A DNA stretch of 64,000 nt from Archaeoglobus sp. JdFR-22 (GCA_002010045.1 MTMJ01000022.1:18832-82831); one strand, 5' to 3'; positions 1 through 10,168 are shown, counted from the first letter of the stretch. Translations and numbers: made by a program. Notes: generated by a model from the letters alone, not told the origin.

Positions 1-45
1 TGGAAGCAAAGAATTTTTAGCAATTTTATCAAAAAATCTTCGATA

Positions 46-285
46 TCAATCCTTCCCCAGTATCTCATCAACGATGTCAAGGAGTTTCTCATCAACCTTC
101 TTCTTAGGTGTACATTTCTCACAAACAGGCAGTGTCTCAACATACTCTTTATAAAGACCTCTACGCTTTACAGCCATGTAGTGAGTGCACTCATCACAGA
201 TAGGAATTTTGCAGAATGAACATCTCCTCCACATAACTTCAAAGTCTTTTTCTTTCAGTTCTCTACCACATTTTGAGCATTTCAT
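46..285 (-). CDS. small zinc-ribbon protein
   Basis: 79-aa ORF with four CxxC pairs (CSKC, CSFC, CDEC, CEKC); family not recognised. Confidence 0.5.
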   Translation of the reverse strand: MKCSKCGRELKEKDFEVMWRRCSFCKIPICDECTHYMAVKRRGLYKEYVETLPVCEKCTPKKKVDEKLLDIVDEILGKD

Positions 286-365
286 ATTAACAGATTATCT
301 GAACAGGATATTAAGTTAATGTCCAAGCACGCAGAAATAAATCAGAAAGAGAAGAAGTAATAAGG

Positions 366-1226
366 CTAAATCAAGCCAGCTCTCTGGAGAAGCAGAATAT
401 CTTCAGTTCCAAGCTTCTCACCATTCTTAAACATCTCATAAACTTTCTTTGCCTTTTTAACAAGCTCTTCCCGTTCTCTTTCTTCCTTGCTCTTGACCTG
501 CTTCGCCTTCAGGGCTTTAATCACCTTGTCAAGGTCTTTAATGTCTTTTCTTATTTTGATAACTTCCAAATGTGATTTATCTGCTTCTTTCTTGCTCTCT
601 ATAAACTTCTCATGGAGAGAATCTGCAGTTGCCCTCTTTTCGTCCACTTCAGCAAATATTCTCGTCATCTCTGCATGATAAACATCAGCCTCTTCAACAA
701 AAGCCAGCATCTGCTGGTGGATTTCTCTCGCCTTATCTTTGAGGTCTCTGATTTTGTTAATAAGCTTTTTAAACTCTTCATGGGTTTCAAGCTGCTCTTT
801 CCTCTCCTCAAGCTCTTTTTTGAGCTTTGCAATCCTCTCAACAAGTGTTCTCTCTTTATCAATTGTAAGGACTGCTGTCTGCTGTTTGAACTCAAGTCTT
901 CTGATTTCCTTCTCAATCTCACCGAGGGGTCTTCCGCCCTTATCGAGATTCTTTCTCAGCTTGTCGAGTTCTCTGTAGTACCTATCGATTTCGCGGTGCA
1001 GAGTTGTCCTCTTTGTTTTTACTTCCTTGGCTTTCTCATTAAGTTCGTCTCTTTTCTCCTTAAGCTCCTTAGCCTTCGCAAGTAAATCCTTTACCTCTTT
1101 ATTCAGCCTGTCTCTTTCCTCTGCATAGTCTTTTGCTGCTCTATTGAGTTCATCCCTCTTTGCAGCAAAATCTTGCAATTCTTTCTCTAACTGGTCTTTC
1201 CTTTCTATCAATTTTTCCAGCATCAT
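366..1226 (-). CDS. archaeal coiled-coil protein (COG1340-like)
   Basis: 286 aa, almost entirely K/E/L/R heptad-like coiled coil; the overlapping + strand ORFs are antisense artefacts. Confidence 0.6.
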   Translation of the reverse strand: MMLEKLIERKDQLEKELQDFAAKRDELNRAAKDYAEERDRLNKEVKDLLAKAKELKEKRDELNEKAKEVKTKRTTLHREIDRYYRELDKLRKNLDKGGRPLGEIEKEIRRLEFKQQTAVLTIDKERTLVERIAKLKKELEERKEQLETHEEFKKLINKIRDLKDKAREIHQQMLAFVEEADVYHAEMTRIFAEVDEKRATADSLHEKFIESKKEADKSHLEVIKIRKDIKDLDKVIKALKAKQVKSKEEREREELVKKAKKVYEMFKNGEKLGTEDILLLQRAGLI

Positions 1227-1417
1227 ATTCCCACAACAGATTTTTTATTGGAATTGTTGTGTTATTGTTGATTTTTCGGTATTCATTCTGGTTATTCGAG
1301 TTGTGATATAAATTTTTCTCCAGTGATAGTGATTAATGCTTTGTGTTCTTTGGAGATTGTTCAGGGTTGAGGCAAATGCATCAAAATTTAAATTTTTCTC
1401 TACCTTGCATTAATCTG

Positions 1418-2701
1418 CTAACAGATATCCGGAAATTTATATGCGGGAGATTCCTCAAAAGTGTATTTTATCATATTGAACTCCTTTTTAAGGTCATAAA
1501 CCTCCTGCCTTAACTGAGATTCTCCTTTTCTGTTACTGACGGCATCATAAATTATCTCAGCAATCCTTTCCATCTCACCTTCTTTCATTCCTATTCTTGT
1601 GACTTCCTGAACTCCAATTCTTATTCCTGAAGGGTTTCTGCTGTCTGAAATGTTGTCCCATGGCAGCAAATTCTTGTTAAGAATCACATTGATTTTCTCG
1701 AGCTTCTTAGCAACAGGGTCTCCACCTCCAAACTCTGTTACATCAACAGCAACCTGATGAGATTCAGTAAACCCAGCACGCTCCCCGATCACGTTAAATC
1801 CGAGTTCTTTCATTTCTTCAGCAAGTCTTTTAGCATTTCTGATAATCTGCCTTGCATAAGCCTTTCCAAATTCTTTCATCTCCATCGCAGCAATTACATA
1901 TCCTGCAAGAGTATTCAGGTGATGGTTGCTTATCACTCCGGGAAACACAGCGGTATCAATTTTCTTAGCCAGCTCCTTTTTGGAGAGAATTATTGCCCTC
2001 TGAGGCCCGAAAAAGGTCTTGTGAGTTGAACCTGCAAGGACATCAGCCCCCTCTTTCAATGGTGCCTGAAACTCCCTGCCTGCAATAAGTCCGAGTACAT
2101 GACTTGCATCGTAAAAAACTCTTGCCTCGATCTCAGAAGCAATCTCAGAAATCTCCTTCACAGGCTGAGGAAACAGAATCAAGCTCGAACCAAGCACAAA
2201 CACCTTTGGTTTCTCTTTCAGTGCAATTTTTCTTGTCTCATCCACATCAATATTAATAACATCATTATCAAATGGATAATATACTACCTTGAGTCCCCTG
2301 ATTCCCGCTGCCGAGATTCTGTCGTGCGATATGTGCCCTCCGCATGGAACAGACATGGACATTATCGTATCACCGGGTTTTGTAAGGGCAAAGAATGCTG
2401 CGATGTTTGCAACAACGCCTGAAATGGGCTGAACATTCACATGCTCCACATCAAAAATCTCTTTCGTGATTTTTATCGCTGCATCCTCAACACCATCGAT
2501 GAAGTAACATCCCTGATAGAATCTCTTTCCGACCTTACCTTCAGCATATCTGTGTCCTAGGTCAGAAATGAAGCATCTTCGCACAGCAATACTTGTTAAA
2601 TTTTCACTGGCAATTAGCGGTATTGACTTCTCAAAAAACCTGTGATGCTGGTCTATTATTTCGAATATCTCCGCAGGAGTGGAATTCTTGAACTCACTCA
2701 T
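1418..2701 (-). CDS. glyA: serine hydroxymethyltransferase
   Basis: 427 aa; LIASENLTS near the N-terminus and the PLP-lysine motif GSTHKTFFGPQ. Confidence 0.9.
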   Translation of the reverse strand: MSEFKNSTPAEIFEIIDQHHRFFEKSIPLIASENLTSIAVRRCFISDLGHRYAEGKVGKRFYQGCYFIDGVEDAAIKITKEIFDVEHVNVQPISGVVANIAAFFALTKPGDTIMSMSVPCGGHISHDRISAAGIRGLKVVYYPFDNDVINIDVDETRKIALKEKPKVFVLGSSLILFPQPVKEISEIASEIEARVFYDASHVLGLIAGREFQAPLKEGADVLAGSTHKTFFGPQRAIILSKKELAKKIDTAVFPGVISNHHLNTLAGYVIAAMEMKEFGKAYARQIIRNAKRLAEEMKELGFNVIGERAGFTESHQVAVDVTEFGGGDPVAKKLEKINVILNKNLLPWDNISDSRNPSGIRIGVQEVTRIGMKEGEMERIAEIIYDAVSNRKGESQLRQEVYDLKKEFNMIKYTFEESPAYKFPDIC

Positions 2702-2784
2702 GATGCTTGCTGAGGGTAAGATTATTTAATAGTTTTTATAACAGACAGAGAGCTTGAGAAAGACACAGAGCTATTTCATTGCTT

Positions 2785-3978
2785 TTATGATACCTCAACA
2801 ATCCTTTCTTCTCTATACCCTGTAATAACCCTGAATTCTCCTCTTAACTCCCTGTCAAGTTCCTCATCCCCTGTATCCACCCGTAATTTATCAATTTTAC
2901 TCAATTTGTTGCGGGTAGAGATTACAATGATATTATCTCTACCAACCTCTCTTATAACTGCGGGACTTATCTGCTGGTTTCCTCTACCAAAAATAAATCC
3001 CTGACCTCCGATAGGAGTAACAATAATTTTTACCTTTTTACCTCGGATAATGGAAAGAATCTGCCCCTCATTAACGTCGCTTGCAATTATTTCACCATTC
3101 TGAGTAATGTCAACTCCGAGCAGGCTTTTATCAATTCCCATTATCTTACCCACTGCGTAAACGGTTGAACCCGGACACATGATGTAAATCTCTTCACCCA
3201 TCAATTCTGAGACATATTTTGCAATCTCATACTGGTTGTCCAATTCCTCAGCGGCAGATACACTTGCGATTTTTCTCGATTGAATGAATTCGGGGTCGTA
3301 AGGAGTTGGAGCATAACCATACAGCTTCGCTGTCAGCCTCCCCTTTCTGAATTCCTCTTCATCAATATCCATCACTTCAACCATACTCAAAGGTAAGCCC
3401 ATTCTGATGAATTTCTCAATTATTCTTACTCCAGCTTCAGGGTTAACAGCAAAAACTCCAGAGTACATCTTGACACCAGAGGGAATTCCCAGAACAGGCA
3501 CATTGTTCTTTAAGCCATTGAGAACATCTCTTGCAGTCCCATCTCCTCCGACAAACACAATGAGATTCACAGACATCTCAGAGAGCTCCGATGCCGCTCT
3601 GACAGTATCCTCAGAAGATGTTTTTGAGGATATTGAACCTACCACCTCTGGCTCAAATCCTGCCTCCACACATTCTTTCTCTCCCATCTCTCCCGGATAG
3701 GTTATCAGTCGAAAGGCATTTTTTAGATGGTGAAGTTTTTTTAAGGTCTCAACAGCCCTCAGAGGAGACACCGGTTTTGCACCCAGTCTGATTGCTTCTT
3801 CAAGTACTCCATCAGTCCCCTTCAATCCAACCCTTCCACCCATTCCTGCTATGGGATTAACAATTAAACCAATTTTCAACCTCTCTTTTGCTCTTGAGTA
3901 ATCTTGATATCCATGAGCAACTCCAAAACAACGCAGAGCTTTGAGGACTTCCTGAACATCATCTTCCATTTTCACCAC
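2785..3978 (-). CDS. ATP-NAD kinase-like protein (COG3199 type)
   Basis: 397 aa; NPIAGMGGRVGLKGTDG and VGGDGTARDV motifs typical of the NAD kinase / diacylglycerol kinase fold. Confidence 0.6.
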   Translation of the reverse strand: MVKMEDDVQEVLKALRCFGVAHGYQDYSRAKERLKIGLIVNPIAGMGGRVGLKGTDGVLEEAIRLGAKPVSPLRAVETLKKLHHLKNAFRLITYPGEMGEKECVEAGFEPEVVGSISSKTSSEDTVRAASELSEMSVNLIVFVGGDGTARDVLNGLKNNVPVLGIPSGVKMYSGVFAVNPEAGVRIIEKFIRMGLPLSMVEVMDIDEEEFRKGRLTAKLYGYAPTPYDPEFIQSRKIASVSAAEELDNQYEIAKYVSELMGEEIYIMCPGSTVYAVGKIMGIDKSLLGVDITQNGEIIASDVNEGQILSIIRGKKVKIIVTPIGGQGFIFGRGNQQISPAVIREVGRDNIIVISTRNKLSKIDKLRVDTGDEELDRELRGEFRVITGYREERIVEVS

Positions 3979-4087
3979 AGTACCTACAGCTTTACACCAC
4001 TATACCCATAATTATAGATTATACTTTTTTCTGGAGATTAAGCTAATAAACATTAACTTTTTAAAGTTTTAGGTTACTCAGTCATCC

Positions 4088-5479
4088 ATGACTACCAAGA
4101 TACTGTTGAGTGAAGAAGACATACCAAAGGAATGGTACAATATAAACCCCGACCTTCCGAAACCGTTGCCACCACCGATCGACCCCGGAACTCACGAACC
4201 CATTAAACCCGAAGTGCTTGAGAGAGTATTTGCAAAAGAACTGTTGAAACAGGAAATGAGTCAGGAACGCTGGATACCGATTCCCGAGGAGGTCAGAGAG
4301 ATTTACCAGATCTGGAGACCAACTCCGCTGATAAGGGCAAAGAGACTTGAAAAACTTCTGAAAACTCCGGCGAAGATTTACTACAAATATGAAGGTGTAA
4401 GCCCTCCCGGCTCCCACAAACCCAATACAGCAGTTCCACAGGCTTACTACAATGTTAAACAGGGTATTGAGAAGCTCACAACTGAGACCGGGGCTGGACA
4501 GTGGGGTAGCTCACTTGCTTTCGCTGGAAAGATGTTTGACATTGACATCACCGTTTACATGGTAAAGATCAGTTACGAGCAGAAGCCATACCGGAAGAGT
4601 ATGATGCATGCATGGGGGGCTGACGTCACTCCAAGCCCCAGCAACAGAACGAATTTTGGCAGAAATATGCTTAAAAAGGACCCTAACCATCCGGGAAGTC
4701 TTGGTATAGCAATCAGTGAGGCAATAGAGGATGCAGTAACACACGACAATGTGAGATACACTCTCGGAAGTGTTCTCGGACATGTACTTCTGCACCAGAC
4801 AGTTCAGGGACTTGAGGCAAAGAAGCAGTTTGAGATGATAGATGAATATCCTGATATAGTGGCAGGTTGTGTTGGAGGTGGAAGCAGCTTTTCTGGATTG
4901 AGTTTTCCATTCTATTATGACAAGATAACTGGAAAAGCACCTAAAGATGTAAAGTTTGTGGCAACAGAACCCACTTCATGTCCAACTCTGACCAAAGGAA
5001 TCTACACTTATGACTTTGGCGACACAGCAAACATGACACCTCTACTGCCGATGTATTCTCTTGGATCTGATTTTGTTCCAGCACCTATCCACGCAGGGGG
5101 GTTGAGATACCATGGAGATGCGCCCTCTCTCTGCCTTATGGTAAAAGAAGGTGTTATTGAGGCAAAGGCGTATGATCAGGTGTCTGTATTCGATGCCGCT
5201 GCAATGTTTGCAATGAGTGAAGGAACCATTCCGGCACCTGAGCCTTCTCACACAATACGGTATGTCATAGACGAAGCATTGAGATGCAAAGAATCCGGGG
5301 AAGAAAAGGTAATTCTGTTCAACCTCTGTGGACATGGACACTTTGACATGGGAGCATATGATGAGTACTTCGAGAACAGACTGAAGCCGTGGGAATATCC
5401 ACAGGAAAAGGTTGAAGAATCGATTAAAAAGCTACAGGAGAAATTTCCGTGGGTTAAAGACCTGCCATACTTAAAATAA
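4088..5479 (+). CDS. trpB2: TrpB2-type tryptophan synthase beta-like PLP enzyme
   Basis: 463 aa; N-terminal [15 protein letters not shown] signature of TrpB2 and a long PLP-fold body; stand-alone, with no trpA adjacent. Confidence 0.85.
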   Translation: MTTKILLSEEDIPKEWYNINPDLPKPLPPPIDPGTHEPIKPEVLERVFAKELLKQEMSQERWIPIPEEVREIYQIWRPTPLIRAKRLEKLLKTPAKIYYKYEGVSPPGSHKPNTAVPQAYYNVKQGIEKLTTETGAGQWGSSLAFAGKMFDIDITVYMVKISYEQKPYRKSMMHAWGADVTPSPSNRTNFGRNMLKKDPNHPGSLGIAISEAIEDAVTHDNVRYTLGSVLGHVLLHQTVQGLEAKKQFEMIDEYPDIVAGCVGGGSSFSGLSFPFYYDKITGKAPKDVKFVATEPTSCPTLTKGIYTYDFGDTANMTPLLPMYSLGSDFVPAPIHAGGLRYHGDAPSLCLMVKEGVIEAKAYDQVSVFDAAAMFAMSEGTIPAPEPSHTIRYVIDEALRCKESGEEKVILFNLCGHGHFDMGAYDEYFENRLKPWEYPQEKVEESIKKLQEKFPWVKDLPYLK

Positions 5480-5481
5480 TC

Positions 5482-5488
5482 TTTTTTT
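5482..5488 (+). terminator. oligo-T tract after trpB2
   Basis: T7 run 3 nt after the TAA stop; archaeal intrinsic terminators are oligo-T. Confidence 0.4.
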
Positions 5489-5609
5489 ATCTCTCCCCTT
5501 ATCTGTCTGACATTCAGTCTGATGTGAATAGATAATAGAATATCGTTTTCAGAAGGATTCAGGAACTTACTTTCGCCACACTCACTGCCTTTTTTATCAA
5601 CAAGTCAGA

Positions 5610-6137
5610 TTGAGTTCAATGCAATTCAATGTGAGCTGGGTATTGAGATGCCTTAGATGGAGTTATCTCAAGTATATGTATCCTGAAGAGGATATTTTCG
5701 ATGTTGCAAAGCGTGAGTCGGGAATTCTGGCAGAAGCGAGAGCATATGAGTACTTAAAGAAATTCTACCCCCGCAAAGGAAGAAACAGGAAGCTGTATTT
5801 CAGAAATTTTTCTCTTTCGGGAAGACCCGACTTTATACTTAACGGAGCTGTTATTGAGGTGAAAAAATCGAGATTATGGAAGATAAGGCGTGAATGGATT
5901 GCTCAGCTCAATTTATACCTCCTTTTCGAGAAATCAGAGGATGGCTACTTATTTGAAGTTGGAGATAATGGATTCAGGATTACAAAGTATAAATTTAATC
6001 CTGAAATTGTCAGAGGTGCCATTGATTACTTCTCGATTCTTGAAAGGCACATCAGCCGGAATAAAATTCCAGTAAAATCAAACAGCCATTACTGTAAACA
6101 TTGCAGCTACAGACACCTCTGTGAATCTTTTAAATAA
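5610..6137 (+). CDS. Cas4-like / RecB-family PD-(D/E)xK nuclease (DUF83 type), stand-alone
   Basis: 175 aa; GRPDF..IEVKK (D..ExK), QLNLY (QxxxY), one N-terminal Cys plus C-terminal CKHCSYRHLC (C-x2-C-x5-C); TTG start in the track. Confidence 0.65.
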   Translation: MSSMQFNVSWVLRCLRWSYLKYMYPEEDIFDVAKRESGILAEARAYEYLKKFYPRKGRNRKLYFRNFSLSGRPDFILNGAVIEVKKSRLWKIRREWIAQLNLYLLFEKSEDGYLFEVGDNGFRITKYKFNPEIVRGAIDYFSILERHISRNKIPVKSNSHYCKHCSYRHLCESFK

Positions 6138-6169
6138 AACTTAAGTTCTGTGGTGCAGATGAAGAACAA

Positions 6170-6871
6170 ATGAAGCAACGCATGCTTAAGGAAATCATTG
6201 AGGATAGGAAGAGCGGTTCTTCAAGAATTGTAAGAAAGACACTTGAACTCCTTGAAATTGTCGATGAGAGTGAAAGGAGTGATGTCATCAGGGAAATAAG
6301 GAAAGCTCACCCGTCAATGGCTGGGATTTCACAGATTATGAAACTGGCAATGGAGATGGATATAACCGAAATAAAAGAGAAATTTCTGGAAATGGATGAA
6401 AAAACGATTGAGAATCTCAATGACCTTGTCTCCGGTAAAACGGTTGTTGCGATAAGCAGAAGCCATATTACGGAAAAAGGTTTGCTTTCAGCAGGTAGGG
6501 TAATTGTGCTAACTTCAGAACCCGGAGGAGAGGGAAGAGATACTTACAGGTATCTTACAGGTAATGAAGTCGATTCCACTATTGTTTCTGATTCCATGAT
6601 GGGATATGCTGTAAGCGAGTGCGACATTGTGGTGGTTGGAGCTGACACGATTTTGGCTTCCGGTTTCGTGAATAAGGTCGGGACTCTTCCTCTTGCCCTT
6701 ACTGCAAGACACTGCAATAAGGAATTTTATGTCGCAGCCCCTTCCTACAAAATCGCAGACGAATGCGATGTTAGAATGCCATTCGAATTTGTGCCGAAGG
6801 AGTTTGTAACTGCTGTTGTATGTGAGAAAGGAATCTGCAGATTTTGGGATTTATTTAAAAATCATGGGTAA
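6170..6871 (+). CDS. eIF-2B alpha/beta/delta-related protein (short form)
   Basis: 233 aa; VVVGADTILASGFVNKVGT and YVAAPSYK motifs of the eIF-2B/MTNA fold. Confidence 0.6.
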   Translation: MKQRMLKEIIEDRKSGSSRIVRKTLELLEIVDESERSDVIREIRKAHPSMAGISQIMKLAMEMDITEIKEKFLEMDEKTIENLNDLVSGKTVVAISRSHITEKGLLSAGRVIVLTSEPGGEGRDTYRYLTGNEVDSTIVSDSMMGYAVSECDIVVVGADTILASGFVNKVGTLPLALTARHCNKEFYVAAPSYKIADECDVRMPFEFVPKEFVTAVVCEKGICRFWDLFKNHG

Positions 6872-6928
6872 AAATTCTGATTGAAGAATATCTATCTTTA
6901 TTTTCTTATTTTTATCAAGCCAACTTCT

Positions 6929-7888
6929 TTATACCCCAAAATCTTTCAAATCCATCTTGCTGTAAAGGATTTTCACATCTGCAACATTATCATATCCAAG
7001 AACTTTTTCTCTTGTCTCTTCGATCTGACTCTTGCTGCTCGCATGCATCATAAAATATACAGGATATTCCCAGTTCTCCGGTACATTTCTCACAATCAGG
7101 TGTGTTATCTGTGGAAGATCATTCAAAAGTCTCAGCGCAACCTCTTCAGCACTTCCTTCAGGTTTTATAATAGTCATACCATTTTCATTAATTCCTATCC
7201 TTCTTTCACTCAGAACACCGCTAAAATCCCTTACAACACCTTTTTTTATCAGTTCTGCAATCAACTCCACAATCTCTGATTCGCTATAACCATTTTCTGC
7301 AAATTGCATGAAAGGTCTTTCTTTGACTTCAAGATTCTCCAATTCTTTCAACATTTTTGAGTCCAGTCCGAGTTCATCTACAAATGGAATTGTCTCAGGT
7401 TCAATTCCCTTGTTACTCCACGAAATTCCTTTGAAAAGGTCATATTTTACATCCATCTTGTAAACTCTTTTTGTTGGCAGAATTACGTAATCGCAGACGT
7501 TACATGTCTTCATAAGCTCTTTAACCTGTGCAATCACTTCATCTTCAGTCCTTGCCTTAAAGGTGAACCAGACGTTGTAATTCTCATGAGTTCTCCAGAA
7601 ATTATGTTTGGGTCTGGTTCTGTTAATCATCTTTGAAACTTCTTCAATTCTGTTTTCCGGGACAGATGCACCAACAAGTGCTGCCTTACTGACCATTCTG
7701 AACGCCTTGTAGTTGAGATTCGCCCCAATCCTCTTGATAACTCCACTTCCCCTGAACATTTTAACCTTAGCGATAACGAACTCTAAAGGCAAACCAGTAT
7801 TAGTAGAGAGATCATAAAATGGATTCTCAGTGAGAGGGAACTCGTACTGAATTGCCATTAAAAGAGTCTTTTCTTCCTGGCTGAACAT
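6929..7888 (-). CDS. fused Lrp/AsnC-like NirD/NirH-type protein, probable sirohaem decarboxylase AhbA/B
   Basis: 319 aa with two tandem AsnC-like halves; adjacent to a precorrin-2 dehydrogenase gene; c-type cytochromes are encoded in the same window. Confidence 0.6.
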   Translation of the reverse strand: MFSQEEKTLLMAIQYEFPLTENPFYDLSTNTGLPLEFVIAKVKMFRGSGVIKRIGANLNYKAFRMVSKAALVGASVPENRIEEVSKMINRTRPKHNFWRTHENYNVWFTFKARTEDEVIAQVKELMKTCNVCDYVILPTKRVYKMDVKYDLFKGISWSNKGIEPETIPFVDELGLDSKMLKELENLEVKERPFMQFAENGYSESEIVELIAELIKKGVVRDFSGVLSERRIGINENGMTIIKPEGSAEEVALRLLNDLPQITHLIVRNVPENWEYPVYFMMHASSKSQIEETREKVLGYDNVADVKILYSKMDLKDFGV

Positions 7889-7898
7889 AGATTACTCC

Positions 7899-8600
7899 TC
7901 AGAACTGTATTCTTACAAGGCTCTCATCAATTTCCCTTTTTCCGCTGGTATATTCCTCTACAAGCTTTTCTGCAAGGCTTCTCGCTCCCTCAACGTCTTC
8001 ATTTCTTATTAACTCTCTGAATTCTTCATCAGCGCTTATAACAAAGTAAAGTTTCATCCTCATCTGAACAGGCACGTTGATTGCCTTCATGTGTTTCTTT
8101 AGATGGTGCATTGCCTTCAAAAAGTATATTTTCTCATCATCCTCTTCGAGCATTTTCTGGAATTCGTCTCTCACTTTTCTTGCGACAACACCACTCTTGC
8201 CTTCAGTTGTTACAGCGTATCTTATGCCCTCAACATCACCTTCGAACGGAACGACGACTTCAGTCCTGTCTGCGTCATTCGCAAGATTTACCAGAACCTT
8301 GTATTTTCTTGCAAGCTTCTCCACAATGTCATTAATCTTCAGATTCCCGATTGCAACCGTCACAATATTGCTCCATGCAATTAGAGGTTCAAGAGTTTTC
8401 TCATCAAAGGCATCCCCCTCAATAAGTTCGATTTTAGTATCTTTTGATAGTTCCTGAAGTTCTTCAGTGAAATCAAGACTGATTACCTTTACGTTTGCAC
8501 CTGCATCTCTAAATTTCTTCGCCCTTACAGTTCCCACACCTCCACCACCGATGGTGAGGACGTTCTTTCCTTCAAATTCTATGTATAGAGGTATTCTCAT
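7899..8600 (-). CDS. precorrin-2 dehydrogenase / sirohydrochlorin ferrochelatase (SirC / CysG N-terminal type)
   Basis: 233 aa; N-terminal Rossmann motif IGGGGVGTVRAKKFRDAGANVKVIS. Confidence 0.7.
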   Translation of the reverse strand: MRIPLYIEFEGKNVLTIGGGGVGTVRAKKFRDAGANVKVISLDFTEELQELSKDTKIELIEGDAFDEKTLEPLIAWSNIVTVAIGNLKINDIVEKLARKYKVLVNLANDADRTEVVVPFEGDVEGIRYAVTTEGKSGVVARKVRDEFQKMLEEDDEKIYFLKAMHHLKKHMKAINVPVQMRMKLYFVISADEEFRELIRNEDVEGARSLAEKLVEEYTSGKREIDESLVRIQF

Positions 8601-8746
8601 CAGTAGTTCTTCCCTTCAAAACTTTAATAATTTTTCCCCCAACCTGCAGACAGAGATAATTTCCAGAAGAGGTCTACAAACTTATTGTTTCGACGAGTGC
8701 CAGAATCAAAAAAGATCGAGCGGTAGGTAAAAGAATCTCAATGTTC

Positions 8747-9820
8747 TTAGAATGCTCTCAGATGGACCATGTCAAATCCCAGATTCCTCAAAACCCACGA
8801 TATATGCCTTCTATGGCATCTTCTCCAGTCATTCTCTTTGCAGACGAGCATCACTCTACCATGAGAGTAAAGGTCAATTAGTTTATTCATCCCATCAAGA
8901 AAGTCTTTAGTCTTCATATATTCATGAAAATTCTCCCTTTCCATCAATTCAGGAATTTCTACGCTCTCAAAAGGAGTTTCACATCCGAGGTTTACGTAGG
9001 ATTTAATTGAGAGTCTTGGCAGAATCCTCTTGAACTTTTCGCTCCTGAATGCGCTCACTCCAGCGGTAAAAAATTTCATGTCAAGAAGAGCACCTCTGAG
9101 ACTCGAATTGAAAAACCTGTCAGAGAGTATGTTAACATTGCTATTCAAACCCCTTACATACCCGAACCAGTAAACGACATACCCGTCTCCAAATAACTCC
9201 TGATACCTGAGATACTGCTTTTTAGAGTAAAATCTATGTGTTTTTGGGTCACCGAAAAGTGCCTTACTCTCTATCCACTTAACAAGCTTCTCATTAACCC
9301 TCAACGGCTCTGGAAAGAAAAAGTCGGGTGTTTTCTTCTCACCTCTCATCTCATATTCATCCTTGAAATCAATCTCCCTATTCTCCAGCCATACTTTGAT
9401 AATCTTCTCTCCAAGTTTACCCCTCGCAAACTGATGTCTTACAGCAAGAGGAGAATAGATGTAGTCTGTGAAGAGAGATTTCCAGATCAGATACTCAAGT
9501 CTCTCATTATCAACCCTGGAAGGATTCTGTATAGAATTTCTTATTTCCGACTTTGAATATCCTATTGCTTTCAGTAACAGTCTCATTCTCATAACTGGTG
9601 TCAGATCCAGCCAGGGTGGCAACCTTTTTTTAGATTTCCAGTAATTCTCGATAACATTGAGTTTCTGAACAGCAACAGGATGTTTTTTCTTTACCATATC
9701 CACTCTTTTTTGAGATAAAATCGTGAATAAAGCCCCTCTACTGTAAGGAAATCTGTATAAATCTTTAATACTTTTCAATTCCCACCTGAGTTTTTGAAAA
9801 TCTTTTATTCCAATCAGCAA
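8747..9820 (-). CDS. TPD-motif (CDIN1/C15orf41-like) PD-(D/E)xK protein with a DUF488-like C-terminus
   Basis: 357 aa; KKTPDFFF ... KWIESKALFGD (D...ESK), and a C-terminal CKENDWRRCHRRHISWVL matching the C.E....CHR motif of DUF488; TTG start. Confidence 0.45.
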   Translation of the reverse strand: MLIGIKDFQKLRWELKSIKDLYRFPYSRGALFTILSQKRVDMVKKKHPVAVQKLNVIENYWKSKKRLPPWLDLTPVMRMRLLLKAIGYSKSEIRNSIQNPSRVDNERLEYLIWKSLFTDYIYSPLAVRHQFARGKLGEKIIKVWLENREIDFKDEYEMRGEKKTPDFFFPEPLRVNEKLVKWIESKALFGDPKTHRFYSKKQYLRYQELFGDGYVVYWFGYVRGLNSNVNILSDRFFNSSLRGALLDMKFFTAGVSAFRSEKFKRILPRLSIKSYVNLGCETPFESVEIPELMERENFHEYMKTKDFLDGMNKLIDLYSHGRVMLVCKENDWRRCHRRHISWVLRNLGFDMVHLRAF

Positions 9821-9824
9821 CTTT

Positions 9825-10115
9825 TCACCTGTTATTTTTCTTACCTTTAAATCTCAGGGAGTAAACAAATAAGACTCTTACTCTTCCTTCTCTCAAACCT
9901 GCATATTTTGTGCTCATTTTTATCTCAGGTTTTGAATTCTCAGTTCTCTTTAATTTCGACATGAGTGTTCTTGCATCATTCACGTCCGTGATATAAACAT
10001 TGAGACCTTTGTCTGTATCCTCATAATCAAAGCCTGAGCAGTTCTTCTCAACAGCCTTTTTGATTTTATCCTTATCCATTTCTCCTCTTATCTGCAGGAT
10101 TGCTGGATGCTTCAT
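9825..10115 (-). CDS. small conserved hypothetical protein
   Basis: 96-aa ORF ending 4 nt before the downstream gene start, so probably co-transcribed; no confident family. Confidence 0.4.
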   Translation of the reverse strand: MKHPAILQIRGEMDKDKIKKAVEKNCSGFDYEDTDKGLNVYITDVNDARTLMSKLKRTENSKPEIKMSTKYAGLREGRVRVLFVYSLRFKGKKNNR

Positions 10116-10168
10116 TCAGATATATTTGTTTTGTTAAACATTAAATACCTACCGGGTTAAATCCTGAT

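Noticed and set aside
487-1085. Several + strand ORFs (487..678, 612..1085, 739..978) and a nested - strand ORF (665..922) inside the coiled-coil gene
   Set aside because: They are antisense or alternative-frame products of a low-complexity K/E-rich gene. Their compositions (poly-S/L/F) are typical artefacts. The same reasoning applies to the many short ORFs opposite glyA, aor, cdc48 (54526..56212), the MFS gene and others.
4082-4417. 111-aa minus-strand ORF overlapping the trpB2 start
   Set aside because: It lies entirely antisense to the strongly supported TrpB2 N-terminus and has no motif.
6881-7289. Plus-strand ORFs 6881..7279 and 7032..7289
   Set aside because: They are antisense to the AhbA/B-like gene and have an aberrant F/I/Y/N-rich composition.
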